Shown: positions 56,222 to 63,658, counted from the first letter of the stretch. The stretch: 64,000 nt of DNA from an uncultured virus (IMG/VR IMGVR_UViG_3300025128_000024) (IMGVR_UViG_3300025128_000024), one strand, 5' to 3'. The notes: a model not told the origin generated them from the sequence alone. Made by a program: numbers and translations.

Positions 56222-57308
56222 TTACGTCGTGTTTCATCATGATGTTAACTAGACCGTTTAAATCATTCTTTGGAGTCCATCCCAGTTTGAGTTTTGCTTT
56301 TTCGGAACTACCTCTTAGGTAATCTACCTCAGCTGGTCTGTAAAATTCCGGGTCAACTACAACGTGCTGCTCCCAGTCTTCAATCCCTACATATGCAAAT
56401 GATCTTTCTAAAAATTGTCGAATGGTGTATGTGTTTCCTGTACATATTACATAATCATCTGGATCTTCCTGTTGCATCATAATCCACATGGCCTCTACAT
56501 AATCACCAGCGTAACCCCAGTCGCGACACGCATCTAAGTTACCCAATCGGAGTTTCGGAAATTTTATATTTTCACCTTCTGACACTTTTGGATGTATGTG
56601 GATGTCGTCTTTAGAAAAAGTCATGGCGGGCTCATACGTGCTTTCCCATTCTTTTTCATTATCAGCGACATACTTCTTCCATCTCACAAAATCGCCAATC
56701 CACTTAGTAATTTTTCGAGTCACAAAGTTTTCTCCACGACGTTCTCCTTCGTGGTTAAATAAGATTCCGGCACTTGCATGTAAGCCGTAGGCTTCACGAT
56801 ATAATCTTACTGCATAGTGGGCTGCACATTTAGCTATGGCATATGGTGATTGTGGCAGAAATTTAGTTTCTTCATTTTGATATTTTTCACCATTGTCTGG
56901 ATTGACATCATATGAATCACCAAACATCTCACTTGATGATGCTTGATAGAATCTACAATGTAGACCTAGATCCACAATTGCTTGTAATATGTTTAAGACT
57001 CCTTTGCCCGTAATATCCCATGTGAGACCGGGTTGCTTAAAAGATATGCCTACATGCGATTGTGCTGCTAAATTGTAGACTTCATCTACTTCGTTATTAC
57101 TCGATAAAATGTTCATGACGCTACTGACATCAGTTATATCTCCATGAACTATGTCGAATCTGTCATTCCCAATTAGATGCTTGACTCTCTCAGTCGTGTC
57201 TACGCTGCTGCGACGAGCTACACCTACGACTTCATAATCTTTAGATATTAGTAAATCTGCAAGATGGCTTCCGTCCTGTCCGGTTACTCCGAATATAATC
57301 GCTTTCAT
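56196..57308 (-). CDS. gmd: GDP-mannose 4,6-dehydratase
   Basis: GVTGQDGS, NLAAQSHV, FYQASSSEMFG, SPYAIAK, ILFNHE, FVTRKIT, GNLDA.RDWG, FYRPAEVD. Confidence 0.95.
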   Translation of the reverse strand: MKAIIFGVTGQDGSHLADLLISKDYEVVGVARRSSVDTTERVKHLIGNDRFDIVHGDITDVSSVMNILSSNNEVDEVYNLAAQSHVGISFKQPGLTWDITGKGVLNILQAIVDLGLHCRFYQASSSEMFGDSYDVNPDNGEKYQNEETKFLPQSPYAIAKCAAHYAVRLYREAYGLHASAGILFNHEGERRGENFVTRKITKWIGDFVRWKKYVADNEKEWESTYEPAMTFSKDDIHIHPKVSEGENIKFPKLRLGNLDACRDWGYAGDYVEAMWIMMQQEDPDDYVICTGNTYTIRQFLERSFAYVGIEDWEQHVVVDPEFYRPAEVDYLRGSSEKAKLKLGWTPKNDLNGLVNIMMKHDVNENIQSLS

Positions 57309-57312
57309 TTAT

Positions 57313-58104
57313 TTAATCCTTAACTGTATCTGGTGTTAGGAACGGTTGATCCACTTGACCGTCCTCGTATTTATGAAAAACGCTGAGCCGCTCCTTCTCT
57401 TGTTCCATAGCTAATCGCATTTTTTCCATCTCCATTCCATACTGTCGGGTTACAGCAGGATTTTGCATGAGATGAGCTACCCAGCCCGTAAAAGTTTGTT
57501 TTGAATCTTCAAGACGCTTGATTCTCTGCTCTCGCGTCCCCTTCATTTCTTTCAACATAGAGCTCTTCTTGGTTTGGAGATCTCTGTAGTCTCTGTTCAT
57601 AGATTCCTGTGCGGCTCTGAGAGACGCTATCTGACGATCTAGATTGAATATGACCTCCTTGTCCTGATGTTCCGGTTCCGCCTGCCTCTCGACCTGCAGG
57701 AGCCCTTCAAATGCATTTATCTGATCTATGTTCTCTTTATTCTGCTTGAGGCACCTGTTCATTAACATCTCTAACTTGATCACGTCCACAACTTGCAACT
57801 CTTCGGTTGGAAACACATCATCTTTGAACTGATTAATGATTCTGCTCCAGTGATACTTGAAAAGTTCCAACTCATCCTCAGTAAATTGCTGCTCAAGCTC
57901 TATCCAGTAAGGACGCTCTTCTAGTTCGTAAGCGGCCTGCTCAAACTCAGAAAGCCCCATCTTTAAGTTCTTTTTAAGAAAGTTCTCAATCATGGATGGA
58001 TTACGATCCAGATTCTCAGCTATGTCTTCGACTGAGATACTGCTTGCGTTATCTGTAATATAGCGGGTTTCTTCGTTAGATAGTCTACCCCTCTTCATAC
58101 CCAT
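57313..58104 (-). CDS. Hypothetical protein, candidate terminase small subunit (263 aa)
   Basis: N-terminal HTH-like segment (SVEDIAENLDRNPSMIE) plus coiled coil; upstream of TerL; function is inference. Confidence 0.45.
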   Translation of the reverse strand: MGMKRGRLSNEETRYITDNASSISVEDIAENLDRNPSMIENFLKKNLKMGLSEFEQAAYELEERPYWIELEQQFTEDELELFKYHWSRIINQFKDDVFPTEELQVVDVIKLEMLMNRCLKQNKENIDQINAFEGLLQVERQAEPEHQDKEVIFNLDRQIASLRAAQESMNRDYRDLQTKKSSMLKEMKGTREQRIKRLEDSKQTFTGWVAHLMQNPAVTRQYGMEMEKMRLAMEQEKERLSVFHKYEDGQVDQPFLTPDTVKD

Positions 58105-58585
58105 GTTCCTCTAATATTGTTTGTATAATAAATAATACTTCCTCTTTCTTCTTTTTAGGTACATATACGTCATTTATAATCTTGAGGTAGTCTGCTCTAT
58201 AGTGTGCGGGTAATTTTATGTCTAATACCTTCTGCATTTGTTTATAATCTAGGTCTGCTATGTATTCTTCTCTGGTATCTAGTAAATATTCCTCGTTTGC
58301 TAGTTGTCCGGGCATGACGATCTTTGCTTTTTCATCTTCGTTAGCCTGAAAGTGGTTATCTCGTACAAAATTCTTTAGTCTATTGGATAAATGTACCGAT
58401 AAGAAGTTTTCTAGTGGTCTTTTGGAATCATATCTAGGTAGTGCTTCCATGCAGATGATAAATGCTTCTTGTTTGAGGTCATTTGGTTGGTATCCATAGA
58501 ACGTGTACTTAGGGGCGATTCTATTTACAACCACATTTATTTGTTTAATTACCTCATCTTTTGTCATGTTACTGGGGATATGCAT
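58085..58585 (-). CDS. Sigma-factor-like protein (region 2 recognisable, about 166 aa)
   Basis: DLKQEAFI..MEAL.RYD..RPLENFL...L.NRLKNF.RD matches sigma70 region 2; start MHIP via TAATG coupling. Confidence 0.72.
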   Translation of the reverse strand: MHIPSNMTKDEVIKQINVVVNRIAPKYTFYGYQPNDLKQEAFIICMEALPRYDSKRPLENFLSVHLSNRLKNFVRDNHFQANEDEKAKIVMPGQLANEEYLLDTREEYIADLDYKQMQKVLDIKLPAHYRADYLKIINDVYVPKKKKEEVLFIIQTILEEHGYEEG

Positions 58586-59400
58586 TAATCTTCCTCGTAT
58601 TCCTTTAGAGTTACCCATTTTTCCCCATTATAAAATTGTAAGCATCTTTTTTCGGTGTTGTATATGATCATACCCTGCTGTGCGGGAGGTTTTGTGTCTT
58701 CATCGTAGTTATCTGGTGCTGCTCGTAGCACAGGAGCCGAGACTACGGAGTCTTTTCGTGTGAGATCAATGCGGCGAGCCTTGAATGGTAGCTGTTTTTG
58801 TGTCTTTGTAAGAGAATCTATGGATAAATTCTCAAGATCGTACATTTCTATGAGTTCTTCTCGGTCAATAGACTGAATAATGTCGTCTTTTCTTCCCAAC
58901 AGTGTGTCTTCTTCCATATGTACCGGAGTGAGACGTTGAGATTCCATAGTTGCGACTATAGAGTAGGGGGCGGCGGTGGCTTCTCTGAGTTCTTGAGGGC
59001 TTACTGACTGTATTTTAAGTAAACTATCTCTTTTGAAACGTATACCTTTAGCTTCAGGTCTGTAATATCCGGGTTCTCCACCGTTGAAGTACCGAACTGG
59101 AGTCTCTCTAACTAAAGAAACTAGTGAATTTTCTTTTTCTAGGTATCCGATACCCTTTTCCCAGCTAACCAGCTGTTTATTATTGTGTTCTTCTATCTGG
59201 TAGTAGAATCTGCTTTCAAATCCAATCACATTTTCTAAACATGTAATTTCATTGCAGGCTGCATCCCACCTTTCGTCTCCACATTCAAACGTGTCGTGGC
59301 AATGTAGGAACACTCTACCAGTTCTTGCGTGGTCGGGTATTGAGTATCCGAAATTTAAACCACCGTGTAGGTATCTACTCTGTTTCTCTTTCTTCACCAT
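58585..59400 (-). CDS. Hypothetical protein with degenerate fibre-anchor-like segment (271 aa)
   Basis: YYQIE...WEKGIGY...LVRET resembles fibre A N-terminus; C-terminal GMIIYNTE...QFYNG.KW fibre-type motif. Confidence 0.6.
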   Translation of the reverse strand: MVKKEKQSRYLHGGLNFGYSIPDHARTGRVFLHCHDTFECGDERWDAACNEITCLENVIGFESRFYYQIEEHNNKQLVSWEKGIGYLEKENSLVSLVRETPVRYFNGGEPGYYRPEAKGIRFKRDSLLKIQSVSPQELREATAAPYSIVATMESQRLTPVHMEEDTLLGRKDDIIQSIDREELIEMYDLENLSIDSLTKTQKQLPFKARRIDLTRKDSVVSAPVLRAAPDNYDEDTKPPAQQGMIIYNTEKRCLQFYNGEKWVTLKEYEED

Positions 59401-59557
59401 CTTCGTCTCTCTCTAGAAGTTCTGATAGCGACTTATCCTCAGCCATCAACTCATCAACAATCTGACTGTTTAGCTCTGCTGTTGCCTTGCAATGCAATTC
59501 AGAATCAACCTTGTCGCATTTATCTTTATTATTAGTCATTTTCTGTACCTTTTCCAT
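59375..59557 (-). CDS. Small acidic hypothetical protein (54-60 aa), first gene of the late arm
   Basis: ORF just downstream of the GTGTATAAT motif; start uncertain. Confidence 0.55.
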   Translation of the reverse strand: MEKVQKMTNNKDKCDKVDSELHCKATAELNSQIVDELMAEDKSLSELLERDEDGEERETE

Positions 59558-59580
59558 TTCTATATCAATCTAACTGTTAT

Positions 59581-59589
59581 ATTATACAC
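59581..59589 (-). promoter_or_regulatory. Putative late promoter GTGTATAAT at the head of the minus-strand arm
   Basis: Exact motif 24 bp upstream of the first ORF. Confidence 0.6.
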
Positions 59590-59713
59590 TCATACACTAC
59601 TAAAAGACACAGGAACTTTCAAAAACGTGCGAATCTGAAGGGGCGAGTGGGGAGGATTGGGTAATACATTTGTATTGATTTGTCTGAATTGTGTTTGAAC
59701 CACCCCGACTTTT

Positions 59714-59735
59714 TAATGAGAATGAGTCTCAATAA
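59714..59735. promoter_or_regulatory. Fur-box-like 7-1-7 palindrome 1 (TAATGAGAATGAGTCTCAATAA)
   Basis: TGAGAAT-G-AGTCTCA, 6/7 dyad; second copy 127 bp downstream. Confidence 0.5.
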
Positions 59736-59840
59736 GCTTTGAAGATAAAAGTGGGTGTACTATCTAAATTATCAGGGTCAATAGATAGAGTTTACGCGAC
59801 AAGTCAAAATTCAAGAGAAATGCAGGGGGCTTTTTTTTAC

Positions 59841-59862
59841 TAATGAGACTAAGTATCAATAA
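59841..59862. promoter_or_regulatory. Fur-box-like 7-1-7 palindrome 2 (TAATGAGACTAAGTATCAATAA)
   Basis: TGAGACT-A-AGTATCA, 6/7 dyad; about 50 bp upstream of the first early promoter. Confidence 0.5.
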
Positions 59863-59912
59863 CACACTAAGAAAATAAATAGAATTATTCTGAGATTATT
59901 GTTAAGTATCTA

Positions 59913-59941
59913 TTGACAAATGACGATATATATGATATACT
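59913..59941 (+). promoter_or_regulatory. Early sigma70-type promoter
   Basis: TTGACA-17-TATACT with CGATA in the spacer. Confidence 0.82.
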
Positions 59942-59971
59942 TAGTATATAACAATTAAGAAAGGTTACAAC

Positions 59972-60076
59972 ATGTTTGACAAAGTAATAGACACAATCGG
60001 CAAGACAACCTTAGTAATAATTATTACATATGCAATCTACTTTTATGGTACAGAATTAATTAAGATTATTTCTTAA
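59972..60076 (+). CDS. 34-aa predicted membrane peptide
   Basis: AAAGG RBS; MFDKVIDTIGKTTLVIIITYAIYFYGTELIKIIS; not in the ORF track. Confidence 0.65.
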   Translation: MFDKVIDTIGKTTLVIIITYAIYFYGTELIKIIS

Positions 60077-60093
60077 AAAAGTTCTAAAGTCTA

Positions 60094-60121
60094 TTGACAT
60101 TTATAGCCGATAGTATATAAT
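60094..60121 (+). promoter_or_regulatory. Early sigma70-type promoter
   Basis: TTGACA-16-TATAAT with CGATA. Confidence 0.75.
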
Positions 60122-60159
60122 AGAGACATAACAAACAACGTTCTTGAAAGGAACACAAC

Positions 60160-60348
60160 ATGAAGATTACTAAAGTAGGCACAAAGAGCCAAGCTAAACT
60201 AGAACTGTTCAAGATTGATCGTCGGATCGAAAAGAAGATTGAACAACACGTTAACGAGTTGGGTAAACACAATACCGACATTGTTGAACGTGAACTAGAA
60301 CAGCTTTGGGCTAAGAAAAGTATTTTAGTTTCTTACATAAATAGTTAA
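60160..60348 (+). CDS. Small early protein (62 aa)
   Basis: AAAGGA RBS; own promoter. Confidence 0.75.
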   Translation: MKITKVGTKSQAKLELFKIDRRIEKKIEQHVNELGKHNTDIVERELEQLWAKKSILVSYINS

Positions 60349-60357
60349 AGATTACCC

Positions 60358-60386
60358 TTGACAAATGCCGATATATATAATATAAT
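60358..60386 (+). promoter_or_regulatory. Early sigma70 consensus promoter
   Basis: TTGACA-17-TATAAT with CGATA. Confidence 0.88.
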
Positions 60387-60420
60387 AAGAGCATAACAAG
60401 TTAACAACAAAGGATATAAG

Positions 60421-60615
60421 ATGTCAGGTTTCACAGTTAAAAAAGAATTACGATACGACCACGTTAGCCATAGATACCTAGTAGAATGTACACACGGTAA
60501 GCGTTACGCTATTGCTACATCACATAAGAAGTTAAATCGTGGCGATACAATGAACTGTATTAGTCAAGTAGCAAGAAGCAACGACAGAAACTATTTACTA
60601 AATAAATACAAATAA
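60421..60615 (+). CDS. Small early protein (64 aa)
   Basis: AAAGGA RBS; own promoter. Confidence 0.75.
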   Translation: MSGFTVKKELRYDHVSHRYLVECTHGKRYAIATSHKKLNRGDTMNCISQVARSNDRNYLLNKYK

Positions 60616-60629
60616 AGTTAATATTGCTA

Positions 60630-60658
60630 TTGACAAATGACGATAATTAGTATATAAT
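60630..60658 (+). promoter_or_regulatory. Early sigma70 consensus promoter
   Basis: TTGACA-17-TATAAT with CGATA. Confidence 0.88.
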
Positions 60659-60701
60659 AAGAGCATAACAAACAAACAACATTCCAATGAAAGGGAATAA
60701 T

Positions 60702-60947
60702 ATGAGAGTTTCAGAATTACAACCAAAACGCTTTCCAGCGTCACCATCAGTAGAGCTTCCTAATAGTGATGCTCACCGATTGTTTACTAACGACTTCAAC
60801 AAGAATAGCTTTATTGAAGCTAATGGAGATGTTGAGATTGTTTGGAACAACCGATATAGTTATTGGGAAGTTCCAGCCTTTGCCGAAAGTCGCAAGGCTT
60901 ACGGTGATGCTAAGCAACGCTACTGTGATCAACACGGTAGTGAGTAG
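60702..60947 (+). CDS. Small early protein (81 aa)
   Basis: AAAGGGA RBS before MRVSEL. Confidence 0.72.
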   Translation: MRVSELQPKRFPASPSVELPNSDAHRLFTNDFNKNSFIEANGDVEIVWNNRYSYWEVPAFAESRKAYGDAKQRYCDQHGSE

Positions 60948-61038
60948 TACTACCTTAACCAACCCAATAAAGCTCTATAGTATGGGCAACATTCAACTGG
61001 GGTAACCGACAGCACCCTAACACAAAGGATAAGCAGTA

Positions 61039-61206
61039 ATGGATTTCGTAGTATATAAATCAGAGGCAGATAATCAGGGACGATTAGTAGAGCTTGTACA
61101 TAATAAACACTGTGAGGTATACGAGGTTATAGTTGATGGCATACCAGTATTTAACTGTACCGATTACTTAATAGCAGAACACGAATACAATATGGAATGC
61201 GTATAG
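61039..61206 (+). CDS. Small early protein (55 aa)
   Basis: AAAGGA RBS; MDFVVYKSEAD...EYNMECV; not in the ORF track. Confidence 0.68.
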   Translation: MDFVVYKSEADNQGRLVELVHNKHCEVYEVIVDGIPVFNCTDYLIAEHEYNMECV

Positions 61207-61250
61207 TCTCAGCCTACCCTATCCGCTATAGGCGCCCAGCGAAGGCGTAA

Positions 61251-61294
61251 AAAAAGCCCCGGCGATTTTTCTACTCACCCCCTACCGGCGGGGT
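61251..61294. repeat. GC-rich intergenic element, copy 1
   Basis: AAAAAGCCCCGGCG-N19-ACCGGCGGGGT; second copy at about 63037. Confidence 0.8.
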
Positions 61295-61337
61295 ATTCAG
61301 AATAAAAGTAATATTATTTCTAAAAAATGTTGAGTGA

Positions 61338-61380
61338 GTGACCTAACGTGTCACGACCATGTGCGATAATATATATATAA
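61338..61380 (+). promoter_or_regulatory. Promoter-like cassette with GTGAC-N7-GTCAC dyad in place of -35
   Basis: Dyad followed by CGATAATATATATATAA; repeated at 61553. Confidence 0.6.
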
Positions 61381-61392
61381 GGAGTTAAGGAA

Positions 61393-61539
61393 ATGATGAA
61401 CAACAGAAAAAAAGCAATAGCAATGCACAACGCGAGCAAGAAACGCTTTGCGGATATATTTACAGGGTGCCTAGCACACGGCACGTTGAAGCAAACACAG
61501 AAGAAAAAAAAGACCTTCAAATTGCCAAAAAATAAATAA
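61393..61539 (+). CDS. Small basic early protein (48 aa)
   Basis: AAGGAG/AAGGA RBS; Lys-rich; not in the ORF track. Confidence 0.6.
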   Translation: MMNNRKKAIAMHNASKKRFADIFTGCLAHGTLKQTQKKKKTFKLPKNK

Positions 61540-61552
61540 TCAACCGGCACGA

Positions 61553-61595
61553 GTGACCAACCGTGTCACACCAATAGACGATAATATATATATAA
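61553..61595 (+). promoter_or_regulatory. Second GTGAC-N7-GTCAC promoter cassette
   Basis: GTGACCAACCGTGTCAC...CGATAATATATATATAA. Confidence 0.6.
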
Positions 61596-61617
61596 GAGTT
61601 AAACGAAAGGAAAGATT

Positions 61618-61821
61618 ATGAGTAAACGAAACTATTACAGATTCAACCAAGACCCTTGGAATGATGAAATTTACAAACCTGTTAAAAAGGAGAACGCTAT
61701 GGTTAACGAACCTAGCAATGAAGAGTTGGAACAAGTGGAAGAGGTTTCCGCTGAAGATTGGAACGCGGCTTGTGATCATTGGGACATGCTGCACGACTTG
61801 CACGGTCTCGAAGGTTTTTAG
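61618..61821 (+). CDS. Small acidic early protein (67 aa)
   Basis: AAAGGA RBS. Confidence 0.7.
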   Translation: MSKRNYYRFNQDPWNDEIYKPVKKENAMVNEPSNEELEQVEEVSAEDWNAACDHWDMLHDLHGLEGF

Positions 61822-61830
61822 AAATAATAC

Positions 61831-61858
61831 TTGCAAATCAATAATGCTATGGTAAAAT
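61831..61858 (+). promoter_or_regulatory. Extended -10 promoter
   Basis: TTGCAA-16-TAAAAT with TG at the extended -10 position. Confidence 0.55.
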
Positions 61859-61884
61859 ATTAGTATAAGACGAAAGGAAATAAA

Positions 61885-62121
61885 ATGGCTTATACAGCAT
61901 ACGAAATCAGACGAACGAAAGAAACCCCAACCGGCACGCGCCACCTAGTGCGATGCAACCGACTAGGCAAATACGCTATCTGTAGTTGGGTAGGTTCAAC
62001 CGGCTCATCAATGGGTACTGTTGAATGTCAGGGTGAATATGACTATGTCATAAAGAAGTGGAAACAGATTGTCGGAATGGAAAGTTTCGATGCATTACGT
62101 AAATTAGCAGTAGGAGAGTGA
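61885..62121 (+). CDS. Small early protein (78 aa)
   Basis: AAAGGA RBS. Confidence 0.72.
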   Translation: MAYTAYEIRRTKETPTGTRHLVRCNRLGKYAICSWVGSTGSSMGTVECQGEYDYVIKKWKQIVGMESFDALRKLAVGE

Positions 62122-62378
62122 TTATGATAGTTGCAAATCAGAGAGCCAAAGACGGCTTAGAGGTTTTTGACATAGATGGAGTTCAAGCGTTCGAGATGAA
62201 AAACGACACGCTGAAAATGTGTGCCGATGAAGATGGCTCGCTATGGAATTCTGTTCGTGGTCTTGATGTTTTAGATGCAGACGGAAGATGTGTTTTCAGT
62301 TTGTCATGGTCTGAAACTGGTGTGTGCGGTTCGCTACACGATGAAGAGTTTACAGTAGAAATAAGAGAGGAATTCTAA
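62118..62378 (+). CDS. Small early protein (about 86 aa)
   Basis: AGGAG RBS; overlaps the previous gene. Confidence 0.68.
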   Translation: MIMIVANQRAKDGLEVFDIDGVQAFEMKNDTLKMCADEDGSLWNSVRGLDVLDADGRCVFSLSWSETGVCGSLHDEEFTVEIREEF

Positions 62379-62533
62379 TGACTGAGTATTTTGAATATCT
62401 AACTGATTTACGAGATGGTGGTTCCATGAATATGATGTGGGGGCCAACTATGTTGCAAAGCAGATTTGACCTGAGCGTCAAAGAGTCGCGTGAAGTATTT
62501 AGCAAGTGGTGCAAATCACTGAAAGGAAATTGA
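62378..62533 (+). CDS. Small phage protein (51 aa) of the 'YL..LR.(S/G)G..NM' type
   Basis: MTEYFEYLTDLRDGGSMNMMWGPTMLQSRFDLSVKESREVFSKWC; GAGG RBS and TAATG coupling; not in the ORF track. Confidence 0.75.
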   Translation: MTEYFEYLTDLRDGGSMNMMWGPTMLQSRFDLSVKESREVFSKWCKSLKGN

Positions 62534-62535
62534 GA

Positions 62536-62766
62536 ATGAGTGAATTGAGAATAATTAAAGAGCGGCGTTTCTATGACGAACACGGAACCAAAAAGTTTGC
62601 GCTACTTGAGGAAGGGCAGACAGTAAAGATTGACAGCCATCCGCGTTCGGGTAGCGGCCCGTTGCTTTGCAGGGTGGTTAATCCATCAGAAGCATCTAAG
62701 GATTTTGGCGTGCGTGATGGTATGCTGGTTGAAGTTGATTGGGAAGATTTGGGGCTTGAATTATGA
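62536..62766 (+). CDS. Small early protein (76 aa), possibly SH3-like
   Basis: AAAGGA RBS before MSELRII. Confidence 0.68.
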   Translation: MSELRIIKERRFYDEHGTKKFALLEEGQTVKIDSHPRSGSGPLLCRVVNPSEASKDFGVRDGMLVEVDWEDLGLEL

Positions 62767-62999
62767 TTCCACAATGGAAAATGAACGGTAAAGATATGCG
62801 ATTCAATGGAGAGACTGAAATCGGAATCGTAGAAGTGCGCGACCTGTTTGATGATCTAGTTGTCACGTTATGGGTTGACCAAGAGGAAAGCGGAAACATA
62901 ACCGTCAAGAGCTTAGGCGGTGTCGGCAATGGTCGTTATGATGTGCAGGTGGTAGCTAGGAAGAAGCCGGTTGAAGAGGGCGAGGAATGGAAGTCTTAG
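62763..62999 (+). CDS. Small early protein (78 aa)
   Basis: ATGA overlap with the previous gene. Confidence 0.65.
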   Translation: MIPQWKMNGKDMRFNGETEIGIVEVRDLFDDLVVTLWVDQEESGNITVKSLGGVGNGRYDVQVVARKKPVEEGEEWKS

Positions 63000-63036
63000 C
63001 CAAGCCAGCCGGCTCAACGCGCCACGGGGAAAATCA

Positions 63037-63080
63037 AAAAAGCCCCGGCGTTTTTTCTCTTACCCCCCAACCGGCGGGGT
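63037..63080. repeat. GC-rich intergenic element, copy 2
   Basis: AAAAAGCCCCGGCG-N19-ACCGGCGGGGT. Confidence 0.8.
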
Positions 63081-63170
63081 TTCTAAAAATAATCTGGTAT
63101 TTCTGGGGATTGTCTAAAGGTTTGGGGTTGTGCGTGCCGATAATATATAATAGAATGGAAAGGAGAACAT

Positions 63171-63239
63171 ATGACATTCTTATTATTATTGATTGGTGCT
63201 TGCTTGGTTGGTTTTCTTGGGGCAGAAGTTTTACAATAA
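63171..63239 (+). CDS. 22-aa hydrophobic micropeptide MTFLLLLIGACLVGFLGAEVLQ
   Basis: AAAGGAG RBS; upstream CGATA...TATAAT; single predicted TM helix. Confidence 0.62.
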   Translation: MTFLLLLIGACLVGFLGAEVLQ

Positions 63240-63255
63240 AATTCTGTTTTTCCTC

Positions 63256-63284
63256 TTGACAATCGGCCTAACTTATGGTATAAT
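63256..63284 (+). promoter_or_regulatory. Early sigma70 consensus promoter with extended -10
   Basis: TTGACA-17-TATAAT preceded by TG. Confidence 0.88.
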
Positions 63285-63308
63285 GTAGTTATCACAAAGG
63301 AGATAATT

Positions 63309-63629
63309 ATGTGGTTCAAATTCAGACAAAACAATTCTTTTGGTCACTTCGTTGGGACTCCGTTGGTATTCATCAACGCCCCTAACGCTGCACAGGCCAA
63401 TGACATCGCACAGCAAAATGGTATCTACTTCAACGGTGTAGCCGATGGGATTGATTGCGATTGTTGCGGTGACCGTTGGTTTCGTGTATGCGATGACGAC
63501 GCACAGGCACAACCTTCATCATATGGTTATGGTGGTGGCGTTACTGTCTACAGTCACGGTGACAAATATATCGACTACTGTGGCGATACCCACGCCGTCA
63601 AAGTAATCCAACAAAATCACCAAAATTAA
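63309..63629 (+). CDS. Conserved-type phage early protein (106 aa)
   Basis: F.QNNS.G.F...GIYF.GV..G.DC.CCGDRW motif seen in many lytic phages; AAAGGAGA RBS. Confidence 0.8.
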   Translation: MWFKFRQNNSFGHFVGTPLVFINAPNAAQANDIAQQNGIYFNGVADGIDCDCCGDRWFRVCDDDAQAQPSSYGYGGGVTVYSHGDKYIDYCGDTHAVKVIQQNHQN

Positions 63630-63630
63630 T

Positions 63631-63658
63631 TTGACATACGTTTATTGTATGGTACAAT
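63631..63658 (+). promoter_or_regulatory. Early promoter with extended -10
   Basis: TTGACA-16-TACAAT preceded by TG. Confidence 0.7.

Noticed and set aside
233..56790. Many 60-165 aa plus-strand and alternative-frame ORFs in the track
   Set aside because: They overlap well-supported minus-strand genes and have shadow-type composition
60948..61038. tRNA or other ncRNA in the early intergenic gap
   Set aside because: Only weak short stems; no cloverleaf or convincing T-loop
61338..61354. CRP site
   Set aside because: Half-site spacing does not match TGTGA-N6-TCACA
60084..63512. Minus-strand ORFs in the early region and the plus ORF 62987-63259
   Set aside because: They run across promoters and repeat elements, while plus-strand genes with clear RBSs explain the region
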